A DNA stretch of 60,238 bases, filler included, from 9 parts of 9 records of this genome joined end to end with filler, not necessarily neighbours in it; one strand, 5' to 3'; shown: positions 19,125-30,115, numbered from the whole stretch's first letter. Numbers and translations are program-made. Notes: a model not told the origin generated them from the sequence alone.

Positions 19125-20624
19125 GTGAGCCCACTTTCGATTGGAATAGATATCGGTACCACCGCCGTCAAGGTGATTGCCCTGGATGAAGAGGGCAATG
19201 TGGTTTTCAGTGACCAGCTTTGCCATGATGTCATATCCCTCCACCCCGGTTGGGCGGAAGAAGATCCTGCCGTATGGTGGGAGCACGTCGATCTGCTGAT
19301 GCAGCGTCTGGCCGAGTCAGTGGATGCTCGGCGAATTGCCGTGATCGGCTGCACCGGAATGGTCCCAACCTTGATCTGCCTGGACGAAGAAGGTCAGCAC
19401 CTTGGAACATCCATACAACAGAACGACATGAGGGCCGCCGGGCAACTGGAAGCAATGACCCGGGACTGGGATGTTGAGGACTACTTCCAACGAACCGGCA
19501 CCAGACCAAACACCCAGCATATCTATCCCAAGCTGCTCTGGTTGCAGGAGAACCAGCCCGAGGTTCTCCTGCAATGCCGGACCTGCCTGGGCTCCTATGA
19601 CTACATCGTCTATAGACTCACAGGAAAGCTAGGAACAGAACGAAACTGGGCTCTGGAAAGTGGCATGTGGGATTACCGTACCGAGGGATGGATCCCCGCG
19701 CTGCTTGAGTCCCTACCGGTCTCAGCCGACGTGTTGCCGCCTGTACGGAGTTCCACAGAAATGGTGGGAACCCTGAAGGAAGACCTTGCTGCCGAATGGG
19801 GAATGCCAGCCGGTGTTCCCGTCATCGCGGGTTCCGCTGATCATGTGGCATCGGCGTTCTCCACCGGCTGCCTGAGAGATGGGGACCTGGTCCTCAAGCT
19901 CGGAGGCGCTGGCGACATCCTGGCCTATTCGAGCACTGTAGTCTGCGATCCGCGGCTCTTCCTGGATTACCATTGTTACGGCGGAGGATTCCTGCTGAAC
20001 GGCTGCATGGCGGCCAGCGGTGCCGCATTAAAGTGGTTTCAGGCTACATTCTCCGCCCCAGACTTCATGCACATGGATGACGAAGCGGATAGGGTTGCTC
20101 CGGGATCTGAAGGTGTCGTCGTACTTCCCTATTTTCTTGGTGAAAAAACACCGATATTCGATCCAGATGCCCGGGGCGTCCTATTCGGGCTTTCCCTTGG
20201 CCACACACGGGCCCATATCTACAGGGCCTTCCTAGAATCGGTGGCTTACGCGTTCAGGCACCATGTAGATGTAATGCGGGAACGAGGACTCACCTTCAAA
20301 CGGGTGTTCATCACCAATGGCGGTTCCCGGAGCACCCTGTGGCGCCAGATTCTCGCGGACGTTCTGGGAATGGACCTGCAGTATGTAAAGAACCACCCCG
20401 GTTCTTCCCTGGGAGCTGCTGTCCTGGGCGGACTGGCCGCCGGATTATGGAAAGCTGATATCCTCGATTCCATCCTTTCCGATTGCATTCACATCCGGCA
20501 TGAAGAGAGTCGGAAGGAAGCATACGAGAAGTCCTACAGACTCTATCGCAGCCTCTACCCTATCCTCAAGGAATCCTTCGAGGCCAACATGGCAACATCG
20601 CCTCTGGCTCACCATACCGAGTAG
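19125..20624 (+). CDS. FGGY-family carbohydrate kinase (xylulokinase-like)
   Basis: GIDIGTTAVK, PKLLW, GSADH, PYFLGEKTP, GGSRS. Confidence 0.9.
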   Translation: MSPLSIGIDIGTTAVKVIALDEEGNVVFSDQLCHDVISLHPGWAEEDPAVWWEHVDLLMQRLAESVDARRIAVIGCTGMVPTLICLDEEGQHLGTSIQQNDMRAAGQLEAMTRDWDVEDYFQRTGTRPNTQHIYPKLLWLQENQPEVLLQCRTCLGSYDYIVYRLTGKLGTERNWALESGMWDYRTEGWIPALLESLPVSADVLPPVRSSTEMVGTLKEDLAAEWGMPAGVPVIAGSADHVASAFSTGCLRDGDLVLKLGGAGDILAYSSTVVCDPRLFLDYHCYGGGFLLNGCMAASGAALKWFQATFSAPDFMHMDDEADRVAPGSEGVVVLPYFLGEKTPIFDPDARGVLFGLSLGHTRAHIYRAFLESVAYAFRHHVDVMRERGLTFKRVFITNGGSRSTLWRQILADVLGMDLQYVKNHPGSSLGAAVLGGLAAGLWKADILDSILSDCIHIRHEESRKEAYEKSYRLYRSLYPILKESFEANMATSPLAHHTE

Positions 20625-20768
20625 TGTGTGGATAGGGAAGAAATCATGGCAGAGCCCGTGGTGTCGCCTATTGCGTATATGCTTATTTCAAGCACTACTT
20701 CGATAGTAGTGATGATGTAAGCCCGGCAGTATTGGAATACTGACGACCTTCCCGTCTTTTTCAATCAC

Positions 20769-20868
20769 NNNNNNNNNNNNNNNNNNNNNNNNNNNNNNNN
20801 NNNNNNNNNNNNTTAATTAATTAANNNNNNNNNNNNNNNNNNNNNNNNNNNNNNNNNNNNNNNNNNNN
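20769..20868. other. Artificial contig spacer
   Basis: N44-TTAATTAATTAA-N44. Confidence 0.99.
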
Positions 20869-21423
20869 GTCGGGCACGAACTGCCAACCCTGGCAGTTTC
20901 TCGCTCTGGAGTCGCGGGACGACGTCCTCGAGCTGGGCTCGGCGACCGCCGCGTTTTATCGCAGGCTCAACCGGCAGGCCTCGCAGCCCTGGCTTCGCCT
21001 CCTGCTGCGCATGATCGGGGTGCGCTCACTGCAGAACTACTACGACACCTATTTCGAGACTGTACAGAAGGGGCTCGATGATTGGGATGAGCGTAACGCG
21101 GACCTCCTGTTTCACGGTGCCACTGCTGCGATCGTCGTAACTGCGGATACACGGTCGAGCTGTCCCTGTGAGGACACGTTGATGGCAAGCCAGAATATCC
21201 TGCTGATGGCGGAGACCAGGGGCTAGGTACGTGCATGATCGGGTTTGTGGTCGAGGCCGCAAGGAGGGACCGGGCCATCGGGGGGCTGCTCGGACTTGAA
21301 AAGCATCAGAGACTTTATAGTGTGATAGCAGTGGGGCACCCGGATGTAGCCTACTTGCGGCCGGCCGGAAGAAAACCGGTTGCACCGCGTTTCGTTCGTC
21401 TGTCCAGAACCCTCAGCGAATGA
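20869..21423 (+). CDS. Nitroreductase family protein, 5' partial, single-base frameshift near 21218
   Basis: SGTNCQPWQF..LLFHGATA..QNILLMAE, then +1 base gives GLGTCMIGF..IAVGHP. Confidence 0.8.
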
Positions 21424-21845
21424 AAATCATGGAAGATACCAACAATACCACTACTCCCAGCACCCTCGGGGTCACCCTGTTCTCATTCGGATTCAAGCAC
21501 GGTGTGCCCGTGGATGCGACGTTTCTCTTCGATGTCCGTTTTCTCCCGAACCCCTATTGGGAGAAGCATCTCCGTCACCTGTCGGGCCGGGAGGAGGCGA
21601 TCGCCGAATTCGTCGTCGGCAGCGAGTCGGGCACCCGGTTTCGCAGCCTCTTCGAGCCGCTTCTGGCCTTTGTTGCAGAACAGCTCCAGGAGGGAGGCAA
21701 GAAGACGGCGCGGATCGGCATCGGCTGCACCGGCGGCAGGCATCGCTCTGTGGCGGTGGTCGAGACACTCGCCGATACCCTGCGGAAAAATCCCCTCCTG
21801 CAAGTGGACGTCTTCCACCGGGATATCGAACGAAGCGGCGCGTAG
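21420..21845 (+). CDS. Stand-alone RapZ C-terminal domain protein
   Basis: FSFGFKHGVP..DVRFLPNPYW..IGIGCTGGRHRSV..HRDI; no N-terminal P-loop domain; ATGA-coupled to the nitroreductase. Confidence 0.88.
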   Translation: MKIMEDTNNTTTPSTLGVTLFSFGFKHGVPVDATFLFDVRFLPNPYWEKHLRHLSGREEAIAEFVVGSESGTRFRSLFEPLLAFVAEQLQEGGKKTARIGIGCTGGRHRSVAVVETLADTLRKNPLLQVDVFHRDIERSGA

Positions 21846-21984
21846 CCGCTGTTTACATTAAATTTGCCCGGTCTCGTCGTTCGAGGATGACCGCGGGGTC
21901 AGCACTTTGGGGCCTGAATTTATTTCGCGCATTTAGCGAAAATCATTCTGTCCCCTGAAGAGTCCTGCAACCCACCACCATTTC

Positions 21985-23163
21985 TCATTTTGACTTTTTC
22001 CTCAGTATTTCGTGGGCCTCTGCCAGCGTCTGCAGCAAACGCTCTGCCGGCATCCCTTCGGGAAGGGGGAGTTCAGAGAAATCGAGTGCAGCTGCCCGGG
22101 CTGCGTTGTTGCCGGGGACCCAGGCCGAACCGCGGCTGAGCATGCCATAGCGCTCGTGCGCGTAGCCTTCCATACCCCAGGCCCGGGAGAGGTTGTAGAG
22201 CCACATCACCATCCGGGCGTTGATGGTACCGACCATTCGGTCCCATGGCGGCAGCCCATCCCAGAGATGGTCGGGCCGATTGAAGCCGGTCGCATCGCGC
22301 ATTTCCTGCTCCAGGCGTGCGATGACTTGCCGGATGGTTTCACGGTCTGTCCCCTCGAGCAGGGGCAGCACTTTCAGGTGTTCATCGAACTGGTCGGGTT
22401 TGGCCGCGCCGACGCTGATGGTGCACACACCCGGGTGGTCGAGGCAGTAGAAGTCGTTGAAGAGCATCGGGGAATAAGGATCACAGAGCCGTTGCAACTT
22501 CTGTGGAGGGGTGTGCAGGTGTCCCCCTTTGTCCGACGGGCTGATGATGAACACGCCGATGTCGTGTTCGGCGGCATACTCGATCGCCCTCCGGTTGACA
22601 TCCAGGATATAGTACCAGTGGATGTTGGCGTAATCGAAACCGCCGTATTCGGAAAACGACAGTGCATCGAGGATCACCTCGGTCGTTGCATGGCTCGAGA
22701 AACCGACATGGTTAACCAGCCCCTCGTCCTGCAATTTCCGCGCGGCCTGGAGGCAGCCGTTCTTCCGGCAGCAGTACCACAGCGACTGGTGATCGTTGAT
22801 GCCGTGCAGACCGAGCAGGTCGACATGGTCGACGTTCAGCCGCTGTATCGATTTTCTGACCTTCGCAACGAACTCTTCCGGGTCGCTGCTGGGGACAACT
22901 TTCGTCTGCAGGATGTAGTCGCTGCGTTTCAGCCGGGGCAGAATCTCCCCGAGCTGTTGCTCTGAAGATCCGTACCCATGCGCCGTCTCGATGTGATTGA
23001 TTCCTTTTGCAAGTGCCCGGTCAACGAGCGCGCTCAGGTTGATCTGCGATTCACCGGTGATTTCCGTGGGTGCGACTTCCTGCCAGCTCTGCATGGAGCG
23101 CATACAGCCGAAGCTGAGAACCGGCATTGGAAGGTCGGTCTTTCCAAAGCGTCTGTATATCAT
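21985..23163 (-). CDS. Aldo/keto reductase family oxidoreductase
   Basis: YRRFGKT..LSFGCMR, INHIETAHGYGSSE, LQTK, HVGFSSH. Confidence 0.9.
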   Translation of the reverse strand: MIYRRFGKTDLPMPVLSFGCMRSMQSWQEVAPTEITGESQINLSALVDRALAKGINHIETAHGYGSSEQQLGEILPRLKRSDYILQTKVVPSSDPEEFVAKVRKSIQRLNVDHVDLLGLHGINDHQSLWYCCRKNGCLQAARKLQDEGLVNHVGFSSHATTEVILDALSFSEYGGFDYANIHWYYILDVNRRAIEYAAEHDIGVFIISPSDKGGHLHTPPQKLQRLCDPYSPMLFNDFYCLDHPGVCTISVGAAKPDQFDEHLKVLPLLEGTDRETIRQVIARLEQEMRDATGFNRPDHLWDGLPPWDRMVGTINARMVMWLYNLSRAWGMEGYAHERYGMLSRGSAWVPGNNAARAAALDFSELPLPEGMPAERLLQTLAEAHEILRKKSK

Positions 23164-23291
23164 TCGCTGTGTCGTGGGGTTGAGTGGTAAAAAAAGATCA
23201 TGATTTTCGCGTATGCTGCTTATACTGTGTCATTAATAAAACAGATAGAGAAAAAGTCATGGTCCGCATGACAAATCATGAGGAAAACACA

Positions 23292-24065
23292 ATGGAAATC
23301 ATCCCTGTTCCATGTTTGTACGATAACTATGCCTATCTCATCGTAAACGAGCGGAGCCGAGAAGCGGCCATCGTCGACCTGCCCGAGGCCTGGCCGGTAA
23401 TGCGTGAAATTGTCGAGCGGGAGCTGACGTTGACGGCGGTACTCTGCACCCACCACCACCACGACCATATCGGCGGAATCGACGACCTGCTCGATGAATA
23501 TGGCCGCATTCCGGTATTTGGATTTCACGAGGACACGAAGCGGATTCCGCATCTCACCGAGTTGGTGCAGGACAACGATCAATTCGAGGTCTGCGGGACC
23601 ACGACCCGGGTCCTGCACACGCCCGGACACACGACCACCAGCGTGGTTTTCCAGATAGAAGATCACCTGTTCGTTGGCGACACGCTGTTCGGTGCCGGCT
23701 GCGGCAGATTGTTCGAGGGGACGCCCGCGCAAATGGTCCGGTCCCTCGATCGCATTGCCGGTTGCAGCAGGGAGAGCCGAATCTATTTCGGTCATGAATA
23801 TACCGAATTGAATCTTCGTTTTGCTGCGGAGGTCGATCCGGCGAATCCGGCTGTTCGCGTGCGTCAAAAAGAAGTGGCGGAGATGCGTGCAAAAGGCGTC
23901 CCATCCGCACCGTCAACGCTTGCCGATGAGCTCGCGACCAATCCATTTCTGCGGATCGAGGATGCGGCGATAATCGAAAGGCTGAAGGCCGATCAGCAGT
24001 TGACAGACACGGACCGGGTATCGGTTTTTGCGGCCCTGAGGGAAAAACGCAATCATTTCTCCTGA
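23292..24065 (+). CDS. gloB: Hydroxyacylglutathione hydrolase (glyoxalase II)
   Basis: DNYAYL, THHHHDHIGG, TPGHT, GDTLFGAGCGRLFEG, GHEYT, TNPFLR. Start at ATG 23292. Confidence 0.93.
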   Translation: MEIIPVPCLYDNYAYLIVNERSREAAIVDLPEAWPVMREIVERELTLTAVLCTHHHHDHIGGIDDLLDEYGRIPVFGFHEDTKRIPHLTELVQDNDQFEVCGTTTRVLHTPGHTTTSVVFQIEDHLFVGDTLFGAGCGRLFEGTPAQMVRSLDRIAGCSRESRIYFGHEYTELNLRFAAEVDPANPAVRVRQKEVAEMRAKGVPSAPSTLADELATNPFLRIEDAAIIERLKADQQLTDTDRVSVFAALREKRNHFS

Positions 24066-24232
24066 GCGGATCGTCGCGTGCGTCAGGGATTTCACAATCG
24101 TATTGACCTCGCCTGCAGAATGGACTAGCCTGAACATTTCATGGAAAAGCAACAACAATCAGAAAATCACATAAAATATCAGCAGGGTAGATGCTGTTTT
24201 GGCGGTTATAAGAAGGTGACAATTTGTATTTT

Positions 24233-24390
24233 CTAGAATCAACAATGAAAAAAATGAATTTCCACCCTGCGGACGGGTCGATACGGCCTGCTATCCCGCG
24301 TCACTTTTGGGGGAGGCATAGTACGTATATAGCCTCCCCCACGTCTCCTTGGCTAGCAGGCCGTATCAACCCGTGAAGTATCCAGACTAG
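24233..24390. repeat. CTAG-bounded nested palindromic element (MITE/REP-like)
   Basis: Outer 21-bp inverted repeat 24273-24293 / 24354-24374 (1 mismatch); inner GGGGGAGGC 24309-24317 / GCCTCCCCC 24332-24340; CTAG at 24233 and 24387. Confidence 0.65.
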
Positions 24391-24458
24391 ATGTCTTGCT
24401 CAACCCTGTCCCGGCAGGCGAACCGAGATTACACCAATTCAAGAGGAGGAGTGATACC

Positions 24459-25418
24459 ATGAAGAAGCTGCTGACGATTCTCTGTGCCACCGTGCTGTTT
24501 GCCGCACCGGCCTTTGCCGGTCCTGCCGTCATATCGGTGAACCAGTTTGTCGAACACCCCGCGCTCGATGCCGTGCTGAAGGGGGTTCAGGATTACCTGA
24601 AAGATAACAAGGTAGAGGTCGAGTACAAGGTCCATAACGCCCAGGCCAATATGGGCACTGCGACGCAGATCGGCCAGCAGATGATCGGTGAGAAAAGCGA
24701 TCTGCTCATCGCGATTGCCACCCCGTCCGCCCAGGCTACCGCGCAGGCCTTGAGCAAGGCTCCCGCCGACCTGAAGCGGCCGCTGTTGTTCACCGCCGTA
24801 ACCGACCCGGTTTCCGCCGGCCTCGTTGATGCATTCGATAAACCCGGAAAATATGTGACCGGTGTTTCCGATCTGCTGCCGGTGGCAAAGCACATGGAAA
24901 TGATCACGACCTATAAACCCGGCATTAAAAAACTGGCGATTCTCTATAACGCGGGAGAGGCGAACTCCAAGGCCATCGTAGCGTCGATCAAGGAGGTGAG
25001 CCCGAAGTTCGGTTTCGAGGTCGTGGAAGCGACTGCCCCGAAGACGGCGGATGTCTACGCAGCGGCGAAGAGTCTCGTGGGACGCTGCGATGCGGTTTTC
25101 ATCCCGACCGACAATACCATTGTTGCCGCCCTTGAGTCGGTGATCAAGGTCGGTACGCAGAACAAGCTGCCGATTTTCGCGGCCGATGTCGATTCGGTCG
25201 AACGTGGCGCGGTTGCGGCGATGGGTTTCGACTACTACAAGCACGGCTACCAGACAGGAGCGATGGTGCAGAAGATTCTGGAAGGGGCGTCTCCTGAATC
25301 CCTGCCGGTCGAGTTCCAGGAAGAGCTGCAACTTCAGATCAACCTGAAGTCGGCCGCCGCAATGGGCGCGCCCGCTCCCGAGCAGCTGGTTAAGCAGGCT
25401 GCGAAAATTTACGAATAA
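24459..25418 (+). CDS. ABC transporter substrate-binding protein (TrpX/ABC_sub_bind-like)
   Basis: Signal peptide ending AFA; QFVEHPALDA, IATPSAQ, FTAVTDP, TGVSD, PTDNT. GAGGAGG RBS before ATG 24459. Confidence 0.9.
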   Translation: MKKLLTILCATVLFAAPAFAGPAVISVNQFVEHPALDAVLKGVQDYLKDNKVEVEYKVHNAQANMGTATQIGQQMIGEKSDLLIAIATPSAQATAQALSKAPADLKRPLLFTAVTDPVSAGLVDAFDKPGKYVTGVSDLLPVAKHMEMITTYKPGIKKLAILYNAGEANSKAIVASIKEVSPKFGFEVVEATAPKTADVYAAAKSLVGRCDAVFIPTDNTIVAALESVIKVGTQNKLPIFAADVDSVERGAVAAMGFDYYKHGYQTGAMVQKILEGASPESLPVEFQEELQLQINLKSAAAMGAPAPEQLVKQAAKIYE

Positions 25419-25440
25419 CAAGCTCGAGCGGTAAAATCGG

Positions 25441-26328
25441 ATGACACTATACGCTGCACTGGGGGCCCTCGAACAGGGACTCGTGTACGGGATCATGGTG
25501 ATCGGGGTATACCTGACCTTTCGTATCCTTGATTTTCCCGACCTGACGGTGGACGGCAGTCTGCCGTTGGGGGCGTCCATTTCGGCGGTCGCGATCACGT
25601 CGGGGATCAACCCGTATCTGTCCCTGATCTTCGCGATGCTCGGCGGATTTATCGCCGGGTCGATAACCGCGATTCTCAATACCAAATTCAAGATCCTGCA
25701 CCTGCTCGCGTCGATTCTGACGATGATCGCGCTCTACTCGATCAATATCAGGATCATGGGCGGGCCCAATATCGCGCTGATCGGGTCCGACACGGTCTTT
25801 GATCCCATAATCGCGCTTGGGGTGCCTCCTCATCTGGCCTCGGTGGTCGTCTTCTCTCTTTTTGCAGTGCTGGTGATGGCCCTGGTCGTCTGGTTCCTGA
25901 AGACTGAATTCGGGCAGGCGGTGCTCGCCACCGGGGACAACCCGCAGATGATCATCAGCCAGGGTGTCAATACCCACCTGATCATCATCGTCGGTGTCGG
26001 CCTGTCGAACGCGCTCGTGGCGCTCAGCGGAGCACTCGTCGCGCAGAACCAGGGAGCGGCCGATGTGGGTATGGGCATTGGTACGATCATCGCCGGCCTC
26101 GCGTCGGTCATCGTCGGGGAGACAGTTTTTGGTTCGAGTTCGGTTTTCCGGGCGATAGTCGCCGCGGTGCTCGGGTCGGTGGTCTACCGGATGGCTATTG
26201 CTCTGGCGCTGGGGCTGGAGTTCGGAGGGTTTTCGTTCAGCCCGAGCGATCTCAACCTGATCACCGCGCTGCTGGTGATCACCGCGCTCATCGCACCGAA
26301 AATCAAATCGAGGCTGGTTGTCCGATGA
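25441..26328 (+). CDS. ABC transporter permease
   Basis: GVYLTFRILDFPDLTVDGS, LYSINIRIMG, GLASVIVGE. Confidence 0.92.
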   Translation: MTLYAALGALEQGLVYGIMVIGVYLTFRILDFPDLTVDGSLPLGASISAVAITSGINPYLSLIFAMLGGFIAGSITAILNTKFKILHLLASILTMIALYSINIRIMGGPNIALIGSDTVFDPIIALGVPPHLASVVVFSLFAVLVMALVVWFLKTEFGQAVLATGDNPQMIISQGVNTHLIIIVGVGLSNALVALSGALVAQNQGAADVGMGIGTIIAGLASVIVGETVFGSSSVFRAIVAAVLGSVVYRMAIALALGLEFGGFSFSPSDLNLITALLVITALIAPKIKSRLVVR

Positions 26329-27118
26329 TTGTTCTCGACCGGTGCACGAAGTACTTTCACCGCGGCAGCGTCAACGAGGTGCTGGCGCTCAACGATATCA
26401 GCCTGAAGATCGATGACGGTGATTTTATCACCGTCATCGGCTCCAACGGTGCCGGCAAGTCGACGTTGCTCAACGCGCTGGCCGGTTCCTTCATGCTCGA
26501 CAGCGGATCGATTGCGATCAGTGGGGACGATGTGACCCGGTGGCCGGAGTACCGGCGGGCAAAGCTGATCGCCCGCGTCTTCCAGGACCCGCTGCTGGGC
26601 ACCTGCCCGTCGGCGACTATCGAGCAGAACATGGCGTTGGCCCTGAGGCGGGGAAAACCCGTGGGCTCGGTCCCTGGATCAAAGCCGGTGAGCGGGACCG
26701 GTTCCGCGAAGACCTGAGCACGATTGGGCTCGGGCTGGAGGAGCGGTTGCAGGACAGCGTCGGACTGCTCTCCGGTGGCCAGCGTCAGGCGCTCACGATG
26801 CTGATGGCGACCCTGGTGCGTCCGGAGGTGCTGCTGCTCGACGAGCACATCGCCGCACTCGATCCGAAGACCGCCGGACAGATCCTCGGTCTGACCAGGG
26901 ACATCGTGGCTGAGCGGAGTCTGACAACGCTGATGATCACCCACAACATGAAGCATGCGATTGAGTTCGGCAACCGGCTGATCATGCTCCACCAGGGGCG
27001 GATCATTCTGGACGTCGACGGCAGAGACAAGCAGGGTCTGACGGTGGACGACCTGCTCCAGCAGTTCTATCGCGTGCAGGGTGAAGAGTTGGCCAACGAC
27101 TCCATGCTGTTGACCTGA
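26325..27118 (+). CDS. ABC transporter ATP-binding protein, frameshifted at A4 run 26654-26657
   Basis: Walker A GSNGAGKS in the first frame; LSGGQRQ, LLLDEH and ITH in the second; one added A gives RRGKTRGL. Confidence 0.88.
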
Positions 27119-27170
27119 GCGAATACCTTCCCGGCAAATCCTCTCCGATGAGCGGCTGTCTCAAGTGAGC

Positions 27171-27270
27171 NNNNNNNNNNNNNNNNNNNNNNNNNNNNNN
27201 NNNNNNNNNNNNNNTTAATTAATTAANNNNNNNNNNNNNNNNNNNNNNNNNNNNNNNNNNNNNNNNNNNN
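27171..27270. other. Artificial contig spacer
   Basis: N44-TTAATTAATTAA-N44. Confidence 0.99.
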
Positions 27271-27295
27271 TGTGTGTGTGTGTGTGTGTGTGTGT
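27271..27295. repeat. (TG)n microsatellite at contig edge
   Basis: About 12 TG units. Confidence 0.95.
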
Positions 27296-27346
27296 AACCC
27301 CAATGAAGAAGGCTATGCCAATAGTGTAGTACCACTTACATACACA

Positions 27347-29969
27347 TCACTGGAGGCCGTCCAATGCCTTCAAGCCATTAGTGACCTGATTTAGTCATCG
27401 TCATGCAACGCCCAGCTCAACACCAGCACCACACCACACACCTCCGTGATCGATGCTTCAGTTTGGGGAGCAAGACAATTCGCAGTCCGTTGAAACTCCA
27501 TGAATTCCTCGAGACACACTGTCAGTGTGTTCAAAGATTGTTCTGGAAGCATCTCTGAATGCAGCCGAGTGGGTTTGTTGGCAGGAGGGGAAAAACAAAC
27601 GTACCTGCGACGATTCTGTGATTTGTGGGATTCTCACGCACCAAACACCCGAGGACAAGTGCAAAATAGGCTGCCAAAACATTGCATTCGGTGGCCTTGT
27701 ACAAACGAAGAAGATCATGGTACAAACCACACACCACCTTCGGCAGCGTACCGTTTTGTCCAGGGTGCCGTTTTTGGAACGGTTTGCTTTGTACTGGCGA
27801 ACAAGAAACGTGACAGCAGAGACCTGTTCTCGATTGAGGTGACATGTCCAAGCTGAGGAGACACGCAGATCAACATTGGCTTGGGCAGGAAACATTTGAC
27901 GTACTGATTTCTCGTAGTGCGCATCGGTTGGAATTGCTGTGCTCGACAAGATTAATAAGTGCACCAAGCGCCAGTAGGTGTACGTCGTATCTTATTGTGA
28001 GGGAGAATGGGTGCGAATTCACACACACCTTCACCCACAAAACATACAAGCCACTCCTCTGATGACGAAGTGTCGCTAGGATGCAGTGCATGCCACCTGC
28101 GTCCGTGATGACACGACAAGCCGTCTCATTTTCGTTGGAAAAGTTGACAAGAATGCGTAGCACATGTTGTATGCACTCAATCACTGAAAGGAAGGGGCGT
28201 CACATGTGGGCCTTCATCGCCATTGCCCCAGAAACACACCGAACCCGTGTGGGTGAGTCTCCCTCTCTTCAAGAACTCCTGTACAAAGGAAGGGTTAGGA
28301 TCGATGGGCGGTAACGACGCACACCGACCATTGCACACTTCGGCGGCAGTGAGTAGTAGGTGCACCATGGACGAGGACACCTGTTCCTTGGTGAGCACCT
28401 CGAGGATCGCCAGGGCTGAGGTGAAGTGTCCCATAGCCACTTCCTGTAAGAAGAAGTGATCAGGATCAAAGAGGGGGCGCACAGGTCGACGCACCCGATC
28501 CTCACATCTGGAATTTGAGAAGTGAGTTAGGTTCGCCTCAGCAGAGCGTTGAACTACCTGATCTCTCAATTGGTGAGGCAGACAGACCCGCGTGTGCGCC
28601 CCTTACCTCAGCACCGCCTATCCTACCAAACTCCTCACGAAGGTGAGAAACCCGTGTCACCAACGCGTGAAGGATTCGCAGACACAGAGCACCCGCACTC
28701 ACTTGCTGGATACATTCATGAATGAGAACACAAAATAGACTATCAAGTCACCTTAGAGAGAGCGCTATGCTCGCCCTCCACCCTCCGTATGAAGGATCGA
28801 ATCCGTTCTATCTGTACGTGTGTAGGAGTACGACGAGTTCAACTCCTCTTCGAACAAACCATTGAATTCTCTTTTCTCGGTACAAGACGAAGACGCCCTG
28901 GTTTGTTCACTCGTCCCCTGGTAGTATCGACCACCGTTGCTTTGTACACCTAACCGGCGGTGTGTGTGTGTGCGCGTATGTGCGGAAGAAGGCATTGACC
29001 CCACCTGAAGGAGAACGCCGAGGGTCAATGACTTGAACTCGGCACAGATGTCAGGATTCTTTCTGATAAGTACGTAGAAGGTACATAGAGCCGTCGTCGT
29101 CAAGGATTCATGCTCAAGACCACTGGTACACGCATCGGTGAGAATCTGGAGAGTCTGCTTCCTTGTCAATATCATTCTCCCACACGAAAAGCTTCCTTCC
29201 CAACCTTGGGAACAAGACCTTGAATACGCAGTACAAGAAGTGCTTCCGATTCAGCATGAAGCATTTGTGCCAAGGAGAAAGCACTACCAACGAAACAGGT
29301 AAGACTCGGAAATTCCGTCACCGACTGCCACACGCCTTGTCTCACGGACTTCTATGGACTGCGTCTCCACCAATCCATCCAACAAATAATGGAGATCATC
29401 CAATCTTGCCTGATCAACAAAAGAATCAAGAAACAACTCAGACAGATCCAACCACCAACCTGAGTCGTTGCCCGGTAGTGACGCTCTTCACGGCTGAGAG
29501 GTTGCGAGGACGGGGTGCTCTCCCCACTACTACCACTGGCAATCGATGAAACACCGAGAGAAGACGCCCCGCTCCGTTCGCGGGAGTCGAGCGTTCCCGC
29601 CAGTTGTTCCTCTGTGTCTCGATGGTGTTGGCCACCACAGATATGCTCCTCTGCCGTCCTTCTTCTTCTTCTTCTTCTTCTCTGGTTCGAAGACGCCACT
29701 CCTGCAGGTAATGACATGGTACGTGGTGTCTCGGAAGTCGACGACGTGGCTAACAACGACACCAACACACGCGAAGCGGGGGTCGACGTGTGTCTTGTGC
29801 GTATGAGTCGGTGAGGAGGTACGTTTCCACACCCCACACGCACACCTCTGCTATTGTCTCGCTCAGCTTTGACGTTGCCGTTGCCGTTGCCGTTGTCATC
29901 AAAGACGAACGGATCGATCGTTGTGGTTGTGGGAAGACTGCGCGTTCGCAACGGTCGCTTCGACGCCAT
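27347..29969 (-). CDS. WAPL: Eukaryotic multi-exon gene, wings-apart-like (WAPL) cohesin release factor homolog
   Basis: Exon peptides LRILVNFSNENETAC, LLALGALINLVEHSNSNR, NVLAAYFALVLGCLV and LEEFMEFQ..SITE|VTNGLKALDGLQ* match WAPL-domain motifs in order. N-terminal DPFVFDD is FGF-motif-like. Last intron GT..AG 27386-27441. Internal exon borders not fully resolved. Confidence 0.75.
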
Positions 29970-29971
29970 GA

Positions 29972-30085
29972 GAGAAGACAGAAGAAAGAAGACAGAAGAA
30001 AGAAGAAAGAAGAAAGAGAACAACTGATCGTACAGATTCACAGGAGAAGAGAGCAGAGCAGAGCAGAGCAGAGGAGAGCAGAGGA
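29972..30085. repeat. Purine-rich low-complexity/microsatellite tract (AGAAG, GCAGA repeats) upstream of WAPL
   Basis: gaagacagaagaaagaagacagaagaaagaagaaagaagaaag...gagcagagcagagcagagcaga. Confidence 0.8.
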
Positions 30086-30115
30086 GAACCGACTGAAGAA
30101 GATCTACTGCATTCT

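Noticed and set aside
21224..21226. In-frame TAG in the nitroreductase as possible pyrrolysine or recoding
   Set aside because: The downstream homology (GLGTCMIG) is in a different frame, so it is a frameshift, not read-through.
22012..26992. Long antisense ORFs (22012-22965, 24429-25691, 26357-26992)
   Set aside because: Shadow frames of well-supported GC-rich genes on the opposite strand.
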